A stretch of 12,438 nucleotides of DNA from Tolypothrix carrinoi HA7290-LM1 (GTDB lineage: Bacteria > Cyanobacteriota > Cyanobacteriia > Cyanobacteriales > Nostocaceae), in contig JAHHIK010000164.1 in NCBI GenBank assembly GCA_019358935.1, positions 1 to 12,438 on the forward strand, read 5' to 3'. The translations under genes were made by a program, and so were the position numbers. Every line of letters begins with the position of its first letter. The stretch's first letter is position 1. The notes beneath the pieces were generated by a model. It saw nothing but the letters and a program-made list of their open reading frames with translations, was not told where the DNA came from and searched no databases. Of the stretch, positions 1-8,203 are shown in pieces.

Positions 1-98
1 GGAACCACACTGAACCCATCCCGAACTCAGAGGTGAAACACAGCAGCGGCGACGATAGTCTAGGGGTAGCCCTACGCCAAAATAGCTCGATGCCAGGA
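1..98 (+). rRNA. rrf: 5S rRNA, 5' truncated by window edge
   Basis: Contains 5S signatures GAACCAC, CCCATCCCGAACTCAG-GGTGAAAC and GGCGACGATAGT, and ends in cyanobacterial-type TAGCTCGATGCCAGGA. A terminator follows. Confidence 0.96.
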
Positions 99-111
99 TT
101 TATAATTTAAG

Positions 112-150
112 ACAAAAAGCCTTCTCTTGATGTACAGAGGAGGCTTTTGT
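112..150. terminator. Intrinsic terminator of the rRNA operon, probably bidirectional
   Basis: Inverted repeat AAAAGCCTTCTCT / AGAGGAGGCTTTT (one G-U pair) with A-tract before and T-tract after. Lies between the 5S 3' end and the convergent stop codon at 153. Confidence 0.85.
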
Positions 151-152
151 TA

Positions 153-824
153 TTAGTAATTTTTATTAATTTTGAAATTTGAATACAGCTTGTGGAAATT
201 ATGGTCATCTAGCCTAAGTAGCTGCCCCTCAGAGCAAATGAATTCAAACTTGTGACCAACTAAATTCTCAATAATCTGTCCCTGGCGATAACGATTGGTG
301 TATGTGAATGCAACTTTTGCTTCGTTTGCCATTCTCACAATTGCTGAGGACAAAGCATTTTCCTTCTCAACCTCGTAGGATTCGCCATTCCACTCGCCAT
401 AGTAATTAGCATATCCGCCTAATATCACTTCTACATCACCATCAAATTGATAATATGGTTGAGCAGCACTCAACGGTGCTTCTAAGGAAACGAGTATATC
501 CTGAACCTGAGAAACTTTTTCTTCTTTAATAAAAGTAACACCATCAGGACTTTTATGGAGACTAGCATATTTGACGAGGAAAGGGTTCGTAAAATATTTT
601 TTAGTGTCAATTTTAGTCTGAAGTTCCTTTTTCGATTCTTCTGTAAGAACAACAGGCAATATCCGAAAGTTGGGAGTAGTATCTTTATCAGTGAACCATA
701 TAGAACCATTAGTGGTGAGGCATGGAATATTTTTTACCCAACTTAAAGATATACCCTCTTCAGGTTTGTAAGTTTGATAACTATACTTATTGTAAGCATT
801 GGGGCATATTTTAAATAGTCGCAT
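153..824 (-). CDS. Hypothetical protein, 223 aa, no recognised domain
   Basis: 672-bp ORF in AT-rich DNA with SD AGGAG about 9 nt before the ATG; ends right at the shared terminator. Confidence 0.8.
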   Translation of the reverse strand: MRLFKICPNAYNKYSYQTYKPEEGISLSWVKNIPCLTTNGSIWFTDKDTTPNFRILPVVLTEESKKELQTKIDTKKYFTNPFLVKYASLHKSPDGVTFIKEEKVSQVQDILVSLEAPLSAAQPYYQFDGDVEVILGGYANYYGEWNGESYEVEKENALSSAIVRMANEAKVAFTYTNRYRQGQIIENLVGHKFEFICSEGQLLRLDDHNFHKLYSNFKINKNY

Positions 825-885
825 ACTTAATAACTCCTATCGGCTGAAATACTTAGGGTACTCAACTTATATAACTAGAAATAAG

Positions 886-899
886 GTAACTTATAGTAC
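886..899. promoter_or_regulatory. Candidate NtcA-binding site (GTA-N8-TAC)
   Basis: GTA-ACTTATAG-TAC, extended to GGTA...TACC, about 60 bp upstream of the orphan ORF start. No TAN3T box at the canonical 22-23 nt spacing. Confidence 0.3.
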
Positions 900-1215
900 C
901 AAATAAATCCACTGAGTATTCAACGAGATAACAGATTTACTCGTATTATTTCTGAAACCTACAGACGATTAACAAAGCATCTTCACCTCCTCCGAAAGGA
1001 AAGGTGCGCCTTATGAAAGAATTATGATCGCCCTGACAAAATAATCCCCTCGTAAAATGGGAAGTAGCCTTGCAATAGTTAACTCAATTTGAAGAAAGCG
1101 CGATCGCTCTTTCAATTGTGATGATAGATACCGAACGTCAGAGACGCATGTTTTGCAGTAGTCGTTAAAATAATAGAATCATCCAGGTATCCTCTCAATC
1201 AGGTGGCTTTGAGTT

Positions 1216-1890
1216 ATGACTAGCCTCTTACCCACATCTCAATCAACTGAGGTCTTTTACCCAAGCTCGGACGGTGAACCCTTGGCAGAAACTTATGTTC
1301 ATTTATACGCCCTGCTGGTAACTTTAGAAGTCTTAAGGCAATATTTACAAAGTCAGCAGGCAACAGTTTTGGGTGACCAATTTCTCTACTATGCCCAAGG
1401 TTTTCCAAGGTTGCGGGTGGCTCCAGATGTAATGGTAATATTTAATGTTGCACCTGGAGGAAGAGATAATTACAAGATTTGGGAAGAAGGACAAGTACCT
1501 GTGGTCATCTTTGAAATGAGTTCTGAGGGTACTAAAAATCAGGATACGGGCTTCAAGAAAACTCTGTACGAGCAGTTAGGGGTACTAGAATATTGGTTAT
1601 TTGACCCCAAAGGAGAATGGATTAAAGAGCAATTGCAAGGGTATCGACTGCGAGGTGAAGTGTATGAGCCAATTACAGATAGTCGCAGTGAACCTTTGCA
1701 ACTGCGGTTGCAGGTAGAGGGGCAACTAATTAGTTTTTATCGGGAGGATACTGGAGAAAAGTTGCTGATTCCTGAGGAGTTGGCACAAGAGCTCAAACAC
1801 GCTATTGAGCGGGCTAGACTTGCTGAGTTACAGGTGGAGCAATTGAAGGCGCAGTTGCGGGCACTCGGCGTTGACCCTGATACAATTTAA
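1216..1890 (+). CDS. Uma2 family (PD-(D/E)XK) putative endonuclease with C-terminal coiled coil
   Basis: YPSSDGEPLAET N-terminus, VAPDVMV, FEMSS, KKTLYEQLGVLEYWLFDP and a LRALGVDPD tail, all typical of cyanobacterial Uma2 proteins. SD-like AGGTGG at 1201-1206. Confidence 0.93.
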   Translation: MTSLLPTSQSTEVFYPSSDGEPLAETYVHLYALLVTLEVLRQYLQSQQATVLGDQFLYYAQGFPRLRVAPDVMVIFNVAPGGRDNYKIWEEGQVPVVIFEMSSEGTKNQDTGFKKTLYEQLGVLEYWLFDPKGEWIKEQLQGYRLRGEVYEPITDSRSEPLQLRLQVEGQLISFYREDTGEKLLIPEELAQELKHAIERARLAELQVEQLKAQLRALGVDPDTI

Positions 1891-1936
1891 GCAAGTTGAA
1901 TTATTCCTATGGTTGCTTGGAACCCGCTGACTCGAT

Positions 1937-1952
1937 TGTGAATCAAATCACA
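1937..1952. promoter_or_regulatory. Perfect CRP-family consensus box TGTGA-N6-TCACA (or weak terminator hairpin)
   Basis: TGTGA-ATCAAA-TCACA in the 75-bp gap between the convergent Uma2 and cinA stops. Confidence 0.3.
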
Positions 1953-1965
1953 CAGATTTTTTCTT

Positions 1966-3225
1966 TTATGGAAGAATTCTACTCAACAACTTCCGGCGCA
2001 AATTATCTAACGCCGTACACGCGCTGACGTGACGAATCAAAGACCGACCTCGCACTGCACCAAATCGATATTCAAAACTTTCCACTTCGCCATTTGCTGC
2101 TGCTAAACCGATATAAACTAAACCCACTGGCTTTGTATCAGTTCCCCCACCAGGTCCTGCAACACCAGTGATACTTAGTCCCCAAGTGGTTGCGAGACGC
2201 GATCGCACTTTTATTGCCATTTGTTCTGCTACAGTAGCGCTTACTGCCCCAAATTTCGCTAAGTCTTCCGGGTTCACCCCCAGCAATCCAACTTTCACCG
2301 AGTTGTCGTAAGAAATTACCCCACCCCAGAAGTATTCAGAACTACCAGAAATCTCCGTCAACATCTGCCCCAGACCTCCACCAGTGCAGGATTCTGCTAC
2401 CGAAAGCGTTTCCCCAGCCGATCGCAACAACTCACCCACCACCGAGGCAAGCGTGTCATCATCAGCACCATAATAATCTAACCCAGCAATGTCTTTAAGT
2501 TGTTTCTCAACAGGTGAAATCAATTCCTCTGCTGCCGCTTGTGAAGCAGCTTTTGCAGAAACTCGCAAGCGTACTTCCCCCTTTGCTGCATAAGGCGCTA
2601 CCGTTGGGTTAGGCAAATTCAAATAAGATGACACCTTTTCTGCTAAAGCAGATTCAGCAATACCCCAAAACTTTAACATCCGGCTGTAAATAATTTCCTT
2701 TCCCCAACCTTGGCTTTTAAGGAATGGTACTGTGGTTTCTTGCCACATTCTATACATTTCACTTGGCACACCTGGAAAAGTGAAAATTGTTAATTCTGGA
2801 CGGGGTTGCCAAATTATACCGGGTGCTGTGCCAGTGGGGTTAGGTAAAATTTCTGCACCTTGAGGAATTAAAGCTTGCTTGCGGTTGCTGGGAGTCATTA
2901 GGCGATCGCGCAAAGCATATTTACGAGTAATATCTTCAATAATGTCAGCGCGTTCTACTAAAGGTACACCAAAAAAATCAGCGATCGCCTCGCATGTCAG
3001 ATCATCGGGTGTCGGACCAAGACCACCAGTAAAAATAAGAATTTGCGCTCTGGAAATAGCAATTTCTATAACTTGTTTCAGCCGTTCTGGATTATCTCCC
3101 ACCACCGTTTGATAGTAGTGAGGAATTCCTAGCTGTGCTAATTGTTGCGCCAAAAATTGAGCATTGCTGTTAAGAATATCTCCTAACAACAATTCAGTAC
3201 CAACACAAATAATTTCTGCACTCAT
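1966..3225 (-). CDS. cinA: Competence/damage-inducible protein A (MoCF-biosynthesis-like domain plus PncC NMN deamidase domain)
   Basis: Motifs MSAEIICVGTELLLG, GGLGPTPDDLT, AESCTGG and SITGVAGPGGGT. Start placed at ATG 3225 because the upstream 24 codons of the track ORF are translated repeat. Confidence 0.95.
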   Translation of the reverse strand: MSAEIICVGTELLLGDILNSNAQFLAQQLAQLGIPHYYQTVVGDNPERLKQVIEIAISRAQILIFTGGLGPTPDDLTCEAIADFFGVPLVERADIIEDITRKYALRDRLMTPSNRKQALIPQGAEILPNPTGTAPGIIWQPRPELTIFTFPGVPSEMYRMWQETTVPFLKSQGWGKEIIYSRMLKFWGIAESALAEKVSSYLNLPNPTVAPYAAKGEVRLRVSAKAASQAAAEELISPVEKQLKDIAGLDYYGADDDTLASVVGELLRSAGETLSVAESCTGGGLGQMLTEISGSSEYFWGGVISYDNSVKVGLLGVNPEDLAKFGAVSATVAEQMAIKVRSRLATTWGLSITGVAGPGGGTDTKPVGLVYIGLAAANGEVESFEYRFGAVRGRSLIRHVSACTALDNLRRKLLSRILP

Positions 3226-3227
3226 CG

Positions 3228-3520
3228 GAATGGGGAATGGTTGGTTGTTAGTTGTTGGTTGTTGGTTGTTGGTTGTTGGGCAATGGGCAATGGGCAATGG
3301 GCAATGGGCACGCTCGCATTGAAAATTAGGAATTGAGAATTGGGAATGCGTTTTTTACCATTACCCATGCCCTATGCACCATGCCCCATGCCCCATGCCC
3401 CATGACGGCAGGTGCTCCACGCAGGTGAACCCCAAGACCGCACTGCCTCCCCCATGCCCCATGCCCACTATCCACCATCCACTATCCACCATCCACTATC
3501 CACTATCCACGCTCCCAATC
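3228..3520. repeat. STRR heptamer block: (TTGGTTG)n, (GGGCAAT)n, then (CCCCATG)n, (CCACTAT/CCACCAT)n
   Basis: Tandem heptamers read directly; G-rich arm followed by a partly complementary C-rich arm. Confidence 0.92.
3405..3449 (-). mobile_element. 45-nt small dispersed repeat (SDR-like hairpin element) inserted in the CCCCATG array
   Basis: Minus strand reads GAGGCAGTGCGGTCTTGGGGTTCACCTGCGTGGAGCACCTGCCGT. Intact CCCCATG units flank both sides. 33/45 ungapped identity to 8615..8659. Confidence 0.7.
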
Positions 3521-3522
3521 CT

Positions 3523-4569
3523 TTAAGATTGTCGAGCGTGTTTCCAAACTCGCCAGCTGATTAAGCTTACCAAAGAGGTGGTAGCACAGGCGTAAGCAAT
3601 GCCACTGGGTATGCCAGCAATCGCTAATGCCAAACTTCCTACCCATAGAGTTAAAGAGTAAATAAATAAAACCGTCAATCTGTGGGATAAACCTGCCTGT
3701 AGCAGTCGGTGATGCAGATGGCGTTTATCTGCACTAAAAGGCGATTTGCCGTGGCGCAGTCGTACCAAAATGACGGCTGACATATCAACAATCGGCACTG
3801 CCAAAATCAGATAAGGCAATAACACGGCGGTGAAAGCAGGGATTTTCACCAAACCTATTACACCGACAGATGCCAGGGTGAATCCCATAAAATAAGCCCC
3901 GCCATCTCCCATAAATATTTGTGCCGGGTTGAAATTATAGCGGAGAAATCCTAGTGAAGCCCCGGCTAAAGCTGCTGCAATCAAAGCGGCTGCTGGTTGC
4001 CGCATAAACAACGCCACTACCAACATGACTACACCGGCAATTCCCGACACCCCAGCAGCTAATCCATCTAAACCGTCAATCCAGTTTATGGCATTTACCA
4101 TTCCCACCAGCCAAATAACGGTGATAGGTAAACTCAGCCATTCCAGGTGAACTATTCCGACTGTGGGAATGGTAACAAAATCTATGCTTACACCTGCTTT
4201 CCAGGCACCAGCGGCAACGATAACTTGCATGACTAAGCGAGTTAGGGGAGATAGATTTAACAAATCATCTGCTAAACCAATCAGAAAAAAGCCAACACCG
4301 CCTAAGGTAACTCCCCAGATTTGCCATTCTTTTTCCGGAGGCAGAATTCCAAATCCACCCAACCACCAAACAATTAGTAGAGAAATTATAGTACCCGCGA
4401 AGATAGAAACTCCTCCCAGGCGCACCATCGGGCGTTGATGAACTTTTCGACCACCGGGTTGGTCTACACGTCCACTTTTTATGCCAATGTTTCTGACATC
4501 AGGCGTAGTCCAGAGAACGACTACGGCAGCCACAAGAAAGGCAATCAGATGATAAATCTGAGGAGGCAT
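3523..4569 (-). CDS. Glycosyltransferase family 4 (WecA/TagO/MraY-like polyprenyl-phosphate HexNAc-1-phosphate transferase)
   Basis: Polytopic membrane protein with RKVH..P..RLGG, GLADD, NAINWIDGLDGLA, FMGDGG and the WecA-type HLHH motif. Confidence 0.93.
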   Translation of the reverse strand: MPPQIYHLIAFLVAAVVVLWTTPDVRNIGIKSGRVDQPGGRKVHQRPMVRLGGVSIFAGTIISLLIVWWLGGFGILPPEKEWQIWGVTLGGVGFFLIGLADDLLNLSPLTRLVMQVIVAAGAWKAGVSIDFVTIPTVGIVHLEWLSLPITVIWLVGMVNAINWIDGLDGLAAGVSGIAGVVMLVVALFMRQPAAALIAAALAGASLGFLRYNFNPAQIFMGDGGAYFMGFTLASVGVIGLVKIPAFTAVLLPYLILAVPIVDMSAVILVRLRHGKSPFSADKRHLHHRLLQAGLSHRLTVLFIYSLTLWVGSLALAIAGIPSGIAYACATTSLVSLISWRVWKHARQS

Positions 4570-4671
4570 TTGTATCTTTAATAAGTAGTTTGACTAGACA
4601 AAAATCACTCTTCGGGATATGTCTTCCTATATCTACTACATTTGGGTCATTAATCAGCATGAGAATTTTAA

Positions 4672-4809
4672 ATTGGGAATGGGTAATAGGTAATCGGTAA
4701 TCGGTAATAGGTAATCGGTAATGAGGAATGGGAATAAAGCCAAATCTATGATCCCATGCCCCATGTCCAATGACCGATTACCGATTACCAATTACCCATT
4801 ACCAATTCC
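4672..4809. repeat. STRR heptamer block forming an inverted repeat: (GGTAATC/A)n ... (GATTACC)n
   Basis: Tandem heptamers with a reverse-complementary second arm, directly after the glyA stop codon. Confidence 0.9.
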
Positions 4810-6093
4810 CTATGCTAAAGCTGGTACGGGAATTTCCAAGTGAGGATACAAGGGAAAGCGATCGCATAACGCGGCAACTCGTCGCTGACAATCAGCAGCA
4901 GCTGTCTCGGACTCTGGAGAAAGCAGGCGATCGGCAATAATATTCCCAATCTCAGTAAATTCATTTACTCCCATACCCCGCGTTGTCATTGCTGGGGAAC
5001 CCAACCTCAGACCGCTGGTCACAAATGGTGACTCTGGATCGAAGGGCACTGTATTTTTGTTGGTGGTAACATTTACAACACTCAACATTTGTTCAGCCTG
5101 CTTACCTGTCATGGCGATAGAGCGTAAATCCACCAACATCAAATGATTATCAGTACCATTTGACACCAACTTGAAGCCCCGATTTATAAGTTGATTTGCT
5201 AGGGCGCGAGAATTCTCAATCACTTGAGCCGAATAAGCTTTAAATTCTGGCTTCAGAGCCTCGGCAAAAGCTACTGCCTTACCAGCAATCACATGTTCTA
5301 AAGGTCCACCTTGAGAACCTGGGAAAACTGATTTATCCAGCTTTTTACCTAATTCTGGGTCACGGGTCAAGATTATACCACTTCTTGGACCGCGTAGAGT
5401 TTTATGGGTAGTTGTGGTGACTACATCACAATAAGGGATGGGATTGGGATGCAGACCGCTAGCTACCAAACCGGCAATATGGGCAATATCTGCTAGTAAG
5501 TATGCACCGACTTCATCAGCAATGCTGCGGAATTTTTCAAAGTCAATTACGCGTGGATAAGCCGAATAACCGCAAATTAAAAGCTTAGGACGCTCCCTTA
5601 GCGCCTGCTCTCGAATTTGCTCGTAATCAAGCTGTTCTGTTTCCTTACTCACGCCGTAATGAGAAACAGCAAACCACTTACCCGACACATTTACAGGCGA
5701 ACCGTGGGTAAGATGTCCCCCATGAGACAAATCCATCCCCATGATTTTGTCACCGGGTTGCAGCAGCGTCAGAAACACAGCAAAATTCGCTTGTGCGCCA
5801 GAATGGGGTTGGACATTCGCATGAGCGGCACCAAACAACTGTTTAGCACGGTCAATTGCTAATTGTTCGATTTTGTCAACGAACTCACAACCGCCATAGT
5901 AACGTTTACCTGGTAATCCCTCGGCATATTTATTAGTCAGGACTGAACCTTGAGCCGCAAGTACAGCAGCTGAGGTAAAGTTCTCACTAGCAATCAATTC
6001 CAAGTGATCGCGTTGACGTTGTAGTTCTTGGTTAATCAACTGCGCGATCGCCGGATCGGCAAAGGCGAGAATTTCTGAGTTATTTCTAGTCAC
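4810..6093 (-). CDS. glyA: Serine hydroxymethyltransferase
   Basis: Motifs [36 protein letters not shown] and PLP-lysine motif [15 protein letters not shown] start at 6093 is preceded by SD-like AAGGA. Confidence 0.97.
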   Translation of the reverse strand: MTRNNSEILAFADPAIAQLINQELQRQRDHLELIASENFTSAAVLAAQGSVLTNKYAEGLPGKRYYGGCEFVDKIEQLAIDRAKQLFGAAHANVQPHSGAQANFAVFLTLLQPGDKIMGMDLSHGGHLTHGSPVNVSGKWFAVSHYGVSKETEQLDYEQIREQALRERPKLLICGYSAYPRVIDFEKFRSIADEVGAYLLADIAHIAGLVASGLHPNPIPYCDVVTTTTHKTLRGPRSGIILTRDPELGKKLDKSVFPGSQGGPLEHVIAGKAVAFAEALKPEFKAYSAQVIENSRALANQLINRGFKLVSNGTDNHLMLVDLRSIAMTGKQAEQMLSVVNVTTNKNTVPFDPESPFVTSGLRLGSPAMTTRGMGVNEFTEIGNIIADRLLSPESETAAADCQRRVAALCDRFPLYPHLEIPVPALA

Positions 6094-6328
6094 TTGAGTT
6101 ATCCTTAGAGAAAATTTTCCGAACGGTTGATGCGACAAACGCGCCATTCATGCGTCAAAGTCTTTGAAAGAGTGTCATATCAATGACAAATTTTGTCCTG
6201 ACTTACTTATTATTAAATGCAACTTGGATCAATGCGTTAATTATCATAACGTTCTTTACTTATATCGACCATGAAACTGCGCTCCCCCTAAAATGTCGGT
6301 AACAATAAGGATATACACGAGGGATTAG

Positions 6329-6526
6329 ATGCTAGTAATTTTAATCGAAGATCAAATCCTTGACCCTCACAAGGTTTGCCAATCTTGTTTACTTGCTGAC
6401 AAAAGCGGTCAACCACGTTGGCGTCAAGGTCAACTGCGTTGTGGACAAGCTATCCGCAATACTAGCGAACAGCAGCCAGACCAGTACGAGTGCATGATGG
6501 GCTTCCGCATCGCCCATATAGAATAA
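6329..6526 (+). CDS. Small cyanobacterial hypothetical protein (65 aa) with four Cys (CxxC...C...C)
   Basis: SD-like GAGGGA before the ATG, protein-like composition, no overlap with other genes, co-oriented with the Tic20-family gene. Confidence 0.8.
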   Translation: MLVILIEDQILDPHKVCQSCLLADKSGQPRWRQGQLRCGQAIRNTSEQQPDQYECMMGFRIAHIE

Positions 6527-6609
6527 GCGCAGATTCGCTTATAGACCGAGTAACTGCGTTATCCTAGGCTCATAGTGACTATTAAAATTTCACCATAGGA
6601 GAACGCATA

Positions 6610-7089
6610 ATGTCTTGGCGTGGGTCTACAACAGTTTCCGATCGCATTTTTGCTTGCTTACCTTATTTGCTGCCTGTAATTGAGGTTTTTAGATTCGGAA
6701 GCTTTTTACTGGCGCAGTTTCCACCTCTACAACTTTTGTTTTTGCCCCTCATACCATTGCTGAACATTTACTATAATGTCAGTTTTGCGGGACTGATTAT
6801 TTTCTTTGCTTTATTTTTCTTCGTAATCAGAAACGAAAAAATCAGTCACTTTGTTCGTTTTAACACGATGCAGGCAATTCTTTTAGATATTGTTATCTTT
6901 TTGTTTGGCATTTTGACCGAGGTTGTTGGGCTAGTTCCGGCTGGTGGTTTTGCGATACAAACCCTATCCACTACCATTTTTCTCGGCATCATGGCAGGGG
7001 TTGTATATTCTATTGCTCAGTCGCTGCTGGGACGTTACGCAGAAATTCCCGCTATTTCTGATGCAGTTTACATGCAATTGCCGCGCTAG
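6610..7089 (+). CDS. Tic20/Ycf60 family membrane protein
   Basis: DRIFACLPYLLP, HFVRFNTMQAILLDI and GRYAEIPAISDAVYMQ; hydrophobic helices; SD AGGAG. Confidence 0.92.
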   Translation: MSWRGSTTVSDRIFACLPYLLPVIEVFRFGSFLLAQFPPLQLLFLPLIPLLNIYYNVSFAGLIIFFALFFFVIRNEKISHFVRFNTMQAILLDIVIFLFGILTEVVGLVPAGGFAIQTLSTTIFLGIMAGVVYSIAQSLLGRYAEIPAISDAVYMQLPR

Positions 7090-7092
7090 GAT

Positions 7093-7866
7093 TTAACGTT
7101 TGGTTACAGTGTTTTCCAAGCGACCAATACCTTCAATTTCCACGCGGACGCGATCGCCTACGTGCAATTGACCAACCCCCAAAGGCGTACCTGTGAGTAT
7201 TACATCCCCTGGCTGTAGTGTCATCACTTGACTAATATAAGACACCAAAAAATCTGGAGGAAAGACCATTTGATCGATACAAGCAGATTGTACAGGATTA
7301 GCATCTTCATTTAAAAAAGTTTGCAATCTCGCTCCCGGATTTAATTCTCGGACAATCCAAGGACCCAGAGGACAAAAAGTATCAAAACCTTTGGCTCTTG
7401 TCCATTGACCATCGCGTTTTTGTAAATCCCGCGCTGTCACATCATTGGCGATCGTGTAACCCCAAATTTTGGAGTGCGCCTCCTCTGGTGTACAGTCAAT
7501 AGTGCGATCGCCTATCACCAGTGCCAACTCTCCTTCATAGTCTACCCGTTGCGACTGCCGAGGATACTTAATTTCTGTCTCCGAAGCAATGATAGATGTC
7601 GGTGGCTTCATAAATATTAATGGCTCACTCGGTACGTCCGTACCCATTTCTGCTGCATGATCTGCATAATTCTTGCCCACCGCGACAATTTTTGAGGGAG
7701 AACAGGGAGCCAAGATTTGGTAACTGTCTGGTTCCAAGTTCAAATCAGTGGGTTGTCCTTGCAGCCAAGGTGGAGCATCCAACACCTGAACATCTAGGGA
7801 TATTTGTAATAACCCATAGTAAATAATACCTTCTTGATTTTGAACTCGCACATACCGCTGCGCCAT
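7093..7866 (-). CDS. Fumarylacetoacetate hydrolase family protein
   Basis: Motifs KIVAVGKNYADHAAE, DYEGEL, ANDVTARDLQ, KGFDTFCPLGP and GDVILTGTP. Confidence 0.94.
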   Translation of the reverse strand: MAQRYVRVQNQEGIIYYGLLQISLDVQVLDAPPWLQGQPTDLNLEPDSYQILAPCSPSKIVAVGKNYADHAAEMGTDVPSEPLIFMKPPTSIIASETEIKYPRQSQRVDYEGELALVIGDRTIDCTPEEAHSKIWGYTIANDVTARDLQKRDGQWTRAKGFDTFCPLGPWIVRELNPGARLQTFLNEDANPVQSACIDQMVFPPDFLVSYISQVMTLQPGDVILTGTPLGVGQLHVGDRVRVEIEGIGRLENTVTKR

Positions 7867-8067
7867 AACTTTTAATGAATATCCTTATTGTCTGTAATTA
7901 AAAGCTGCGATTCTTTGTAGCCACATTCCTAAACTCACAAGCCATAGCCATAAAAAGCCAAATATAAAGCGCTTTATTCAAAAAGCTTAAGATAGGTCAA
8001 GCACCCACTCAGCCAATAACATGCAGTTTCACAGGTCTTAGATTTGAACTGGGCGAAAAGAGGAGCG

Positions 8068-8103
8068 TTGCTGATTAAAATAGAAAGCTGGTAAGATTAT
8101 AAT
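8068..8103 (+). promoter_or_regulatory. Putative sigma70-type rpsF promoter
   Basis: TTGCTG (8068-8073), 18-nt spacer, extended -10 TG-G-TAAGAT (8092-8097). A second hexamer, TATAAT, follows at 8098-8103. Confidence 0.5.
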
Positions 8104-8203
8104 TCCTTGTTGCTTCAGATGTTTATCGGTGTTGGTCAGAGTGCCAAGGCGAACTTTATCCAAATCGACATCTGATATTAGCAGCCTTTTTGTCCATAAG
8201 GAG
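8103..8203 (+). ncRNA. rpsF 5' leader resembling the S6:S18-binding cis-regulatory RNA
   Basis: Nested helices TTCCTT(8103-8108)/AAGGAG SD(8198-8203), GTTGCT(8109-8114)/AGCAGC(8180-8185) and TCAGATGT(8115-8122)/ACATCTGA(8168-8175). Unpaired CCA (8194-8196) sits just 5' of the SD. Confidence 0.7.

Noticed and set aside
1216..1890. Uma2 gene as part of a restriction-modification or defence system
   Set aside because: No methyltransferase or partner gene is adjacent; solitary Uma2 paralogues are very common in cyanobacteria.
3226..3297. N-terminal extension of cinA (MPIAHCPTTNNQQ...)
   Set aside because: It is translated heptamer repeat; homology starts at MSAEII (3225).
3228..3520. CRISPR array interpretation of the repeat blocks
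   Set aside because: Units are tandem 7-9-mers without unique spacers, and no cas genes are present.
6094..6147. 18-aa N-terminal extension of glyA from ATG 6147
   Set aside because: GTG at 6093 has an SD-like sequence and gives the usual SHMT length of 427 aa.
7087..7095. Tic20 and FAH stop codons only 3 bp apart with no terminator
   Set aside because: Tight convergent packing is common in cyanobacteria, and nothing here points to regulation.
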